Both the position numbers and the translations under genes were made by a program. This document shows, piece by piece, positions 1 to 7,333 of a stretch of 64,000 nucleotides of DNA (position 1 is its first letter; each line of letters opens with the position of its first letter). Under the pieces are notes generated by a model. That model saw only the letters and a program-made list of their open reading frames with translations. It ran no database searches and had not been told where the DNA came from. This stretch comes from Negativicutes bacterium (GTDB lineage Bacteria > Bacillota > Negativicutes > UBA1444): NCBI GenBank assembly GCA_963665275.2, contig CAXXIN010000014.1, positions 146,028-210,027 of the forward strand. Direction: 5' to 3'.

Positions 1-555
1 CGGAGTGGAAAACTCCGCCAGCATCTGGCGGGAAGAGGCTCCGAACAGATCAGAAAATAGGGACTCATATTCCGGAAACACTTGATCCAAGAGGGCGATT
101 ACCTTGCGTTTGAGATCGGATATATTATCTACCAGTGAGAAACGATAGCGGCAAAGTTGACGCAACGCAATTAAATCGGGTTCGGCCAGGGTGGTTTGCG
201 TAAACCGACCGAAGCGAATGACCTCAGCGATGAGAAAGGAATCGACTGCATCCGTTTTAGTCTGGCGAATGTACAGATTGCGAAGGCTGTCGGACTGAAT
301 GGGATTGATCACATGGACGACATGGCCATCCTGTATCAGCCGGGAATAAAGGGGCAGCCAGTAATGACCGGTTGCTTCCATGCCGAACACAACAGGCAGC
401 AAAGTGGGATTGAGTTTTTGAACCTGCTTGAACAAAAGCTCAACTCCGGCGAGAGAATTGGGGAACGAAAATGGTTTTCCCAGCAAACCGCCTGATTCAT
501 TCATCAGACAGGCCTCATGACTGCGCTTGGCGATGTCGATGCCGACGATGATCAT
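1..555 (-). CDS. IS110-family DEDD recombinase/transposase, N-terminal part (runs off the window's left edge)
   Basis: Not in the ORF track. Manual translation from ATG at 555 (RBS AAGGGAGG): MIIVGIDIAKRSHEA...FGMEATGHYW...VINP...RQTKTDAVDSFLIA...LRQLCRYR. GIDIAK, MEATG and KTDxxD are IS110 RuvC-like motifs. Confidence 0.95.
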   Translation of the reverse strand, partial: MIIVGIDIAKRSHEACLMNESGGLLGKPFSFPNSLAGVELLFKQVQKLNPTLLPVVFGMEATGHYWLPLYSRLIQDGHVVHVINPIQSDSLRNLYIRQTKTDAVDSFLIAEVIRFGRFTQTTLAEPDLIALRQLCRYRFSLVDNISDLKRKVIALLDQVFPEYESLFSDLFGASSRQMLAEFSTP

Positions 556-574
556 GTGCGCACCTCCCTTTGGG

Positions 575-805
575 ACAGATAACCTCCAGCAGCTGCGGCA
601 CACAACCTCGTGAGACATGCGAAGTACCAGTCGTACCGGCCAACATCCAGCTCATTCGTGATGGACCGCAGGGCCAGAGGGATCACTCTCAATTTCGAGG
701 TTCAACCTCAAGGAGGAAGACGATCTCCTCTGTCCTCTGCTATTAGTATCTCCGATTGTTCCTCGGGAGACAAGCGGAGAGGTTCAACAGGTTTCCCTGT
801 TTATC
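575..805 (-). ncRNA. Putative IS110 bridge RNA
   Basis: Lies between the end-proximal -10 box and the recombinase. Hairpin GAGGTT-C-AACCTC (697-709) is flanked by a 9-mer (711-719, AGGAGGAAG) identical to the host flank (823-831). Boundaries approximate. Confidence 0.7.
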
Positions 806-837
806 CCGAACATAATTATACGAGGAGGAAGCTCATC

Positions 838-2385
838 ATGTTAACAGAGTATCGCAACGAACCGTTTACGAATTTCTCCATTCCCGAAAACAAGGCTGCC
901 ATGGAAGCGGCGCTGTCCTTGGTAGCGTCGCAGAAGGGCAGACATTATCCCCTGAAAATCGGTGGCGTTGCCATCGATACGGAAGCGAAGATCACTTCGG
1001 TCAATCCCTCTTATATCGAGGAAGTGGTCGGCACCGTGGCCCGCGCCAACATTGAGTTGGCGGACAAAGCTGTAAAAGCGGCCGCCGACGCCTTTAAAAC
1101 GTGGAAATTCATTGAGCCGGAAACCCGCGCTCGACTGATTTTCAAAGCGGCTGCCATTCTGCGCCGCCGCAAGTTCGAGTACTCCGCCTGGTTGGTGGAG
1201 GAAGCCGGCAAGAACTGGGCCGAAGCGGACGCCGATACGGCGGAAGCCATCGACTTCATGGAATATTATGGCCGCGAAATGCTGCGTTATGCCGCAGGGA
1301 TGACTGTGACATCCTACCCCGGAGAGCAGAATGAATGCGTCTATATTCCGTTGGGCGTGGGCGTGGTCATTCCGCCCTGGAACTTCCCTCTGGCAATCCT
1401 GGCAGGGATGACCGCGGCGGCTGTGGTTGCAGGCAACACCGTCATCATGAAGCCGGCCAGCAGCACACCGGTTATTGCGGCCAAACTGATGGAGCTGTTT
1501 GAAGAGGCCGGTGTTCCTGCCGGCGTTATCAACTATCTGCCTGGCAGTGGCGGCAGCATCGGCGACGCGCTGGTGTCCCATCCCCAGGTACGGTTTATCA
1601 ACTTCACCGGTTCCAGGGATGTCGGCCTGCGGATCAATAAATTGGCTGCAGACGTAGTGCCGGGACAGATCTGGATCAAACGGGTGATCGCTGAAATGGG
1701 CGGCAAGGATGCGATCATCGTGGATGATGAGGCTGATCTCGAAGAAGCGGCGACCGGCATTGTAACGTCGGCCTTCGGTTTCCAGGGGCAGAAGTGCTCG
1801 GCCTGCTCGCGCGCGATTGTCGTAAAAAGCGTTTACGATGAACTGGTAGCGAAAGTTGTGGCCAAAACAAAAGCGCTGAAAGTCGGACCGGCAGCCGAAT
1901 TTGGCGTAAACATGGGTCCGGTGGTGGATGAAAGCGCTTACAAGAAAGTGCTGGATTATATTGAAATCGGCAAAGGCGAAGCCCGTCTGGTCGCAGGCGG
2001 CAACAAAGCGGGCGACAAGGGCTGGTTCATCGAACCGACGGTATTCGCTGACGCGCCTGCCACTTCCCGCATCGCACAGGAAGAAATCTTCGGGCCGTTC
2101 GTAGCCATCATTCCGGCTGCTGATTTTTCCGAAGCTCTCGACATCGCCAATGGCACCGAATATGGTCTGACCGGCGCCGTATTTTCCAAGAACCGTGCCA
2201 AGTTGGAGCGGGCACGCCGCGAATTCCACGTCGGCAATCTTTATCTTAACCGCAAATGCACAGGGGCATTGGTCGGCGTGCAGCCCTTTGGCGGCTTCAA
2301 CATGTCAGGCACCGACTCCAAAGCTGGTGGCGCCGACTATATGCTGCTTTTCATGCAGGCCAAATCGGTTGCGGAAAAACTCTAA
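838..2385 (+). CDS. pruA: L-glutamate gamma-semialdehyde (P5C) dehydrogenase, RocA/PruA type, 515 aa
   Basis: ALDH motifs [42 protein letters not shown]. Start moved to ATG 838 after AGGAGG (823-828). Confidence 0.93.
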   Translation: MLTEYRNEPFTNFSIPENKAAMEAALSLVASQKGRHYPLKIGGVAIDTEAKITSVNPSYIEEVVGTVARANIELADKAVKAAADAFKTWKFIEPETRARLIFKAAAILRRRKFEYSAWLVEEAGKNWAEADADTAEAIDFMEYYGREMLRYAAGMTVTSYPGEQNECVYIPLGVGVVIPPWNFPLAILAGMTAAAVVAGNTVIMKPASSTPVIAAKLMELFEEAGVPAGVINYLPGSGGSIGDALVSHPQVRFINFTGSRDVGLRINKLAADVVPGQIWIKRVIAEMGGKDAIIVDDEADLEEAATGIVTSAFGFQGQKCSACSRAIVVKSVYDELVAKVVAKTKALKVGPAAEFGVNMGPVVDESAYKKVLDYIEIGKGEARLVAGGNKAGDKGWFIEPTVFADAPATSRIAQEEIFGPFVAIIPAADFSEALDIANGTEYGLTGAVFSKNRAKLERARREFHVGNLYLNRKCTGALVGVQPFGGFNMSGTDSKAGGADYMLLFMQAKSVAEKL

Positions 2386-2527
2386 GATTGCATTTGAATT
2401 ACCTGTCTTGGATGACGATAATAAAGAAGGGGCTGTCTCAATAAGAATTTGATATGCTCCCTTCAAGGTAGACAGATGAAATAAAAAAACATTGGTATGC
2501 CACCCATTAAGTAGACAAGGGAAATAG

Positions 2528-3439
2528 TTAAATTGAACAGTAATGCATTTCAAACTGCCTTGGGGACTTGTATCCCAAGGCAGAATGTCTTCTCTGCCTA
2601 TTGTAGAATATTTCTATATACTCAAACACTGCCTTCTTGGCGATTTCTCGATTAGCGAACATTCCCATCCCTCGCATTAACTCGGTTTTTAATGTCTTAT
2701 GGAAAGCCTCAGCAACAGCATTATCATAAGGATTTCCGGGCCTGCTCATGCTGGCGATTAAGCCATGTTTGCTGAGCAAGTCCTTATATTTTTTGCCCAT
2801 GAATTGCGATCCCCGATCCGTATGGACCACCAGGCCAGGCATTGGACTTTCTGCCCAGACTGCCGCTTGAATTGCGGTGAGTGCCAATTGTTCTCTCATT
2901 TGTTTATCCATGGACCATCCTATAACTTTTCGGGTGTAAACATCCAAATACACCATCAGGTAAAGAAATCCTTCTCTAGTTTTTATATATGTAATATCTC
3001 CAACCCAAATTTTATTCTTATCCTCTGCCCTAAAGTATTGCCCAAGGATGTTTTCACTAGCAAGGGCCCCTGTGCTTTTCCGGTAAACCCCATGCTTCTT
3101 TCTCGGATATTCTGCAGTGAAGCCCAATTCTCTCATACGTAGAACAATCCGTTTATGATTTACCTTCCGTCCGCGCGATTCTAGCTCCGCCTTAATCCTT
3201 CGATAACCATAACGTTTCTTGTACTGAAAATAGATTTCCGTGATTTCCTCGTTGAGTACTTCGTTCTCTATGGCGCGCCGACTTTTCCTTGCATGAATGA
3301 ATTTGTAGTAGCCAGCGCGAGAGACTTTCAGCACGCTGCACATGAGTTTTGTGCTAAAGTGCTTTGAGTGTTGCTTAATGAACTCGAATTTCTTGTGTTT
3401 GAATGTGTTTATGCCTTGAGGAAGGCTTGAAACTTTTTT
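2528..3439 (-). CDS. IS3 transposase OrfB (DDE), reached by -1 frameshift
   Basis: WVGDITYI, HTDRGSQF, GNPYDNAVAEAF motifs. The frame is open upstream of the tracked ATG (3343) as far as an A6G slippery site at 3433-3439. Confidence 0.93.
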   Translation of the reverse strand, partial: KKVSSLPQGINTFKHKKFEFIKQHSKHFSTKLMCSVLKVSRAGYYKFIHARKSRRAIENEVLNEEITEIYFQYKKRYGYRRIKAELESRGRKVNHKRIVLRMRELGFTAEYPRKKHGVYRKSTGALASENILGQYFRAEDKNKIWVGDITYIKTREGFLYLMVYLDVYTRKVIGWSMDKQMREQLALTAIQAAVWAESPMPGLVVHTDRGSQFMGKKYKDLLSKHGLIASMSRPGNPYDNAVAEAFHKTLKTELMRGMGMFANREIAKKAVFEYIEIFYNRQRRHSALGYKSPRQFEMHYCSI

Positions 3440-3693
3440 AGGATATCGCGTTCCTGCTCCAATTGTTCAATTCTTTTTTGAAGTGTGCGAATTTCGAACT
3501 CTGGATCTCTGATAGGATTGCCAGAGCCAGTGAAGGCCTGTTCGCCAGACGTTTCGTATTCCTTGACCCAACGAGCAACCATGTTTCGTGATAGTTCTAG
3601 AGCGCTTGCAACTGACGCAGAACTTTTGCCTTCCTCAAGTACTTGTTTTACAACTTGAACTTTAAATTCCCGGTTAAATTTCTTTCGAGACAT
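3409..3693 (-). CDS. IS3 transposase OrfA (HTH)
   Basis: MSRKKFNREFKVQVV...LEQERDILKK pattern; overlaps orfB at the A6G site. Confidence 0.93.
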   Translation of the reverse strand: MSRKKFNREFKVQVVKQVLEEGKSSASVASALELSRNMVARWVKEYETSGEQAFTGSGNPIRDPEFEIRTLQKRIEQLEQERDILKKFQAFLKA

Positions 3694-3888
3694 AAAATCC
3701 CCCCCTTGTTAATCAGTTGTACGTTTTCACCATACTTCCTGTCTACCAAGAGGGGGTCATACCAAATTTTTCTTATTTCATTCGTCTACTTGACGGGGGG
3801 CAGTTCAATTGAGGCAGTCCCTTCTTTCGTCTAAAAATACGGGCAGCAGGTTCCGAAGAACCTGACTCTCGGTGTAAAATTAGACTAC

Positions 3889-4066
3889 ATGAAAAACTCT
3901 ACACGACTAAATTTTCGCCAAAAATAACTTCATATCAATTGGTGTTGTCGCTCAACATAGAAATGTTCATCCCTGAAAATAATTCAGTCCGGCTGCTAAG
4001 CGAAATCATGGATCAACTCGACTAACCCTCTACAAAGCCTACTCGCGCAAAGGAAAAAAACCGCCG
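3889..4066 (+). pseudogene. IS1182-family transposase 5' relic
   Basis: Manual translation across stops and frameshifts gives YQLVLSLNIEMFIPENNSVRLLSEIMDQLD*/LYKAYSRKGKKP, typical of IS1182 N-termini. ATG 3889 lies just after TAAAAT (3875-3880). Confidence 0.7.
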
Positions 4067-4339
4067 GAGTGCGCACTGCGGCTAAAAGCCGCCCCAGAGG
4101 CGTGGCAGGTATTGTTGCTTTGAATTCGGGGTCCAAGTTGTCCAGCGGAAAATCTGCCGCTGGGTTTAATTTTTCCATGGGCAGGAAATAAGAAATGATT
4201 GCGAGAAACAAGAGAAAGACCATCGCAAAAGCGGAGGAGCCGATAAGAAACGGAGTGTGTTGAATTGCTGCAAGTCATGTGCGAAAGTTGAGTATATAAT
4301 CAAAGTTACAGGAGTATTTAAAGAAGGAGTACCGATCAG

Positions 4340-5083
4340 TTGTCAGAAATCAATGTTTTAATTGTTGATGATGAAGTTGAAATTTGTGATCTGCTCACGA
4401 TGTATTTAAACCGAGAGGGATATCGGACTTGCTCTGTGTATGATGGAATTCGTGCGGTTGAGGAGGCTGTCCGCATTCAACCTAATATTATTTTGCTTGA
4501 TGTTTTATTGTTGGGGATGGATGGAATAGAAGTTTGTGCACAACTACGCCGCCATACGGAAGTGCCTATTCTTTTTATTAGCTGCAAAGGTGAAGATGAC
4601 GATAAAATTGTCGCATTGGGGGTAGGTGGTGACGATTATATTGTGAAACCATTTAGCCCGCGGGAAGTAGTAGCGAGAGTTAAAGCCCATCTGCGCCGTT
4701 ATTGCAAAAGTTCCCGTATCGATGAAATAAAATTTGACACTTTGAGAATCAATGAATTGAATCGCACTGTGCATATAGATAATGCTTTTATCAATCTCTC
4801 CAACACCGAGTTTGATATTTTGCTTTTGCTGGCGCAAAATCCAGGTGTAGTGTATAGTGCGGAAGAAATTTACCGGCGTTTATGGGTAATGGACGATATG
4901 GAAGATACGCGTACTGTATTAGTGCATATCAGCAACCTGCGCAAAAAAATTGATGTTGATTTGACGCAATCAAGATACATTCTAACTATTTGGGGTAAGG
5001 GATATAAATTTAATGATCGCTGGCTCAATGGTGAAAACATGCCAGATGCCGGAATGGACAGTCGGTTGAGAATGAAAAAATGA
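4340..5083 (+). CDS. OmpR/PhoB-family response regulator
   Basis: REC (IVDDE, LLD, KPFS) plus winged helix (RTVLVHISNLRKKI, TIWGKGYKF). TTG start after AAGGAG. Confidence 0.93.
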   Translation: MSEINVLIVDDEVEICDLLTMYLNREGYRTCSVYDGIRAVEEAVRIQPNIILLDVLLLGMDGIEVCAQLRRHTEVPILFISCKGEDDDKIVALGVGGDDYIVKPFSPREVVARVKAHLRRYCKSSRIDEIKFDTLRINELNRTVHIDNAFINLSNTEFDILLLLAQNPGVVYSAEEIYRRLWVMDDMEDTRTVLVHISNLRKKIDVDLTQSRYILTIWGKGYKFNDRWLNGENMPDAGMDSRLRMKK

Positions 5084-7152
5084 AAAAACATTCTCCGGCG
5101 CTTCTAGGGATAGTATTCTGTATTCTATTGGGATATTTAATTTATATGTTAAATATCATGGACACCCAGTCCGGCTTTTTCATCAGGGATGGCTGGCAAT
5201 ACCGCTGGGGGGATTCGCCGGTGGCCGCCGACGGCAAACCGACATGGGCAGTCGAAAAAAATGAGAATGGCGAATGGCGCGATTTTTCATTCCCCAGCCA
5301 GCCGCCGGGATGGGATGGCGCCAGCGTACTCTGGCTGCGTGGCAGACTTCCCGACACGAGGTATGAGCACCCGGTCTTGTTCATGGTTTTTGTTCGCCAG
5401 CATCTGGAGTGCTGGGTGGATGGCAGGTCGGTTTATCATTATGGAGAAATTCCAGTTCCAGCAGGCGATCGATATAACCCTTGGTTTCCCTGGCATATGG
5501 TGTTGTTACCTGAGGATTCGGCAGGCAAGGAAGTCTATCTGCGTGTTCATTCAATTGGACCGACTATCGGGATTGCGCATTTTCCGCGGTTGAGTTCTCT
5601 CAACGATTTACTGACAACACGTATAAAAATGGATTTTACCAAGAACGCTGTGACGGCGCTTTGCTTTTTTATCGGCGTGGTTGCGTTGGCCGTTGCCATG
5701 TACAGGCGGAATTTACAAAGTTATTACGCTCTTGCCGGCTGCGCATTTTGCAATGGAATCGTGGTGTTGAGCACTACGTTCGCGTTGAGTCGGCTATTTG
5801 AATCAGACCAGTTTGTGCTGCTTCTGGTGATGGTCGGATCGTCGTTTGGACAAGGTTTTTGGCTCTGGTTCCTGGAGTCAGGCGTTGAAACGAATTGCTG
5901 CCGGATTGTGCGCAAAGCACGCTATATTGCTTTTGGAATCGCCGCCGCAGGACTGCTCCTGGTGTTGCAGGATTCCAGCCAGGTGACGAGGATCCTCAAT
6001 GTTCTTTTCTTGCTGCTTCTGATTAACCTAAGCCTCATGATGTATGTATTTCGCGGTCAGCTTGTTGTGAACAGGGATGCGCAAATTTATGCATTCGGCA
6101 GCATCGTCTGGGCGATTGCCATGGGGATCGACGCACTAAGGTCAGCAGGAGTTGTCATGCTGACAACTCCCATCAGTGCTTTTGGCCAATTTATTGACAT
6201 TGCCTGTCTGATAGCCATTGTCAGTCGTCGGGTGGCGGCCTTGTACTTCCAGCGCGAACAGGATGCAAAACTAATCAGGGAAAACAATGAGCGCCTAAAC
6301 CAGATGAATACGATGGTCAACCAGATGAACAATCAATTGGAAAAAACGGTTGCTGCACGGACGCAAGAACTGACCGAAACAACAATCCTGCTGCAAGAAA
6401 AAGTTCAAAAACTGGATATGATGGAGAATGCTAGAAAACATTTGTTGAGCAATATCGCCCACGATTTGCGTACACCCATCACCATGATTGGCGGTCATGT
6501 GGAAGCCATTATAGATGGTGTGGCAAAAGAACCGGAACAGCAGCAAAAATCGCTGCGCATCGTTCACGCAAAAATTCTGCAGCTCAATCGGCGAATCGAA
6601 GATGTCTTTACCCTATCCAGACTGGAGTCGCGTTCCTTGATACTCAAGAAACAGAAAGTCAGGAGCGGGGATCTGCTGCAGGAGATTGCATCCTGCTATG
6701 AAGCGGATATCCTGGGAGCAGGCATTCATTTAGTGCATGCCGCCGGGGCAAATAGTCAAGATTGTATCATTGATATTGATCCCGGGCGCATGGATCAGGT
6801 TTTTGCCAATTTAATCTATAATGCACTCCGTTATACACCGCGCGGCGGAAAAATTATTTTGTCGGCGATGTACCGGAATGGGATGGATGAAGTCATCTTA
6901 TCGGTTCGGGATAACGGCTCCGGTATTGCCGCCGCTGAACTGGAACGAATCTTCCAGCGTTTTTATGTCGGAGACGATGTGCCGTATGAAACCGGTAGCG
7001 GTACTGGCTTGGGCCTGGCCATCGCCAGGGAGATTGTTGAAATGCACGGGGGACGAATTTGGGCTGAAAGTGTTATCGATCAGGGGAGTGTATTTCATAT
7101 CGCGCTTCCCGCGAGGCAGGGGAACTTGGCCGTGATGTCAGTAAGCGGCTAA
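5080..7152 (+). CDS. Membrane sensor histidine kinase with extracellular beta-rich domain and multi-TM (7TM-DISM-like) region
   Basis: H-box IAHDLRTP, N-box NLIYNA, DNGSGI, GTGLGL; several hydrophobic segments; overlaps the regulator's stop codon. Confidence 0.9.
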   Translation: MKKHSPALLGIVFCILLGYLIYMLNIMDTQSGFFIRDGWQYRWGDSPVAADGKPTWAVEKNENGEWRDFSFPSQPPGWDGASVLWLRGRLPDTRYEHPVLFMVFVRQHLECWVDGRSVYHYGEIPVPAGDRYNPWFPWHMVLLPEDSAGKEVYLRVHSIGPTIGIAHFPRLSSLNDLLTTRIKMDFTKNAVTALCFFIGVVALAVAMYRRNLQSYYALAGCAFCNGIVVLSTTFALSRLFESDQFVLLLVMVGSSFGQGFWLWFLESGVETNCCRIVRKARYIAFGIAAAGLLLVLQDSSQVTRILNVLFLLLLINLSLMMYVFRGQLVVNRDAQIYAFGSIVWAIAMGIDALRSAGVVMLTTPISAFGQFIDIACLIAIVSRRVAALYFQREQDAKLIRENNERLNQMNTMVNQMNNQLEKTVAARTQELTETTILLQEKVQKLDMMENARKHLLSNIAHDLRTPITMIGGHVEAIIDGVAKEPEQQQKSLRIVHAKILQLNRRIEDVFTLSRLESRSLILKKQKVRSGDLLQEIASCYEADILGAGIHLVHAAGANSQDCIIDIDPGRMDQVFANLIYNALRYTPRGGKIILSAMYRNGMDEVILSVRDNGSGIAAAELERIFQRFYVGDDVPYETGSGTGLGLAIAREIVEMHGGRIWAESVIDQGSVFHIALPARQGNLAVMSVSG

Positions 7153-7167
7153 AATACCGGTGGCAGA

Positions 7168-7227
7168 AGCAAACAAAAGGCAGGTTTGATTGGTCAAAGT
7201 GGCAATTAAATCTGTCTTTTGTTTGCT
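7168..7227 (+). terminator. Imperfect hairpin after the kinase gene
   Basis: AGCAAACAAAAGGCAGGTTTGATTG ... CAATTAAATCTGTCTTTTGTTTGCT. Confidence 0.5.
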
Positions 7228-7229
7228 AG

Positions 7230-7265
7230 GCAGTATTTTCTAAAGAATTCTTTAGAAAATACTGC
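7230..7265. repeat. Perfect 36-bp palindrome upstream of cheA
   Basis: GCAGTATTTTCTAAAGAATTCTTTAGAAAATACTGC, followed by a T-rich tract. Confidence 0.85.
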
Positions 7266-7333
7266 TGTTTTTTTTGATACACTGAGAAAAACATGGGTAT
7301 TTTTAGATTCTGCGAAAAGAAAGAGGGAACGTC

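Larger units (their letters stand above)
1..824 (-). mobile_element. IS110-family insertion sequence (partial); left end near 822, putative core dinucleotide at 823-824
   Basis: Recombinase plus about 270 bp of non-coding left end. TATAAT on the minus strand at 815-820 sits just inside the end, as expected for a promoter completed on circularisation. No terminal inverted repeat is visible. Confidence 0.85.
2450..3807 (-). mobile_element. IS3-family element with two nested pairs of terminal inverted repeats
   Basis: Outer IRs 2450-2484 and 3773-3807 (TG...CA), flanked by a 3-bp direct repeat ATT (2447-2449, 3808-3810). Inner IRs 2493-2527 and about 3731-3764. Confidence 0.88.

Noticed and set aside
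196-495. 99-aa plus-strand ORF
   Set aside because: Antisense shadow of the IS110 recombinase.
610-837. 76-aa N-terminal extension of the dehydrogenase in the ORF track
   Set aside because: It lies in the IS110 non-coding end; the RBS and family length support ATG 838.
841-2229. 462-aa antisense ORF
   Set aside because: Mirror of a conserved ALDH gene with biased codon usage; no motifs of its own.
4093-4108. TGGCA...TTGC as a sigma-54 promoter
   Set aside because: GG-to-GC spacing is one base too long.
4040-4160. GC-rich hairpins suggesting a c-di-GMP riboswitch or other ncRNA
   Set aside because: Lacks the GEMM core motifs; better explained by the IS1182 relic joined to a membrane-protein gene fragment on the minus strand.
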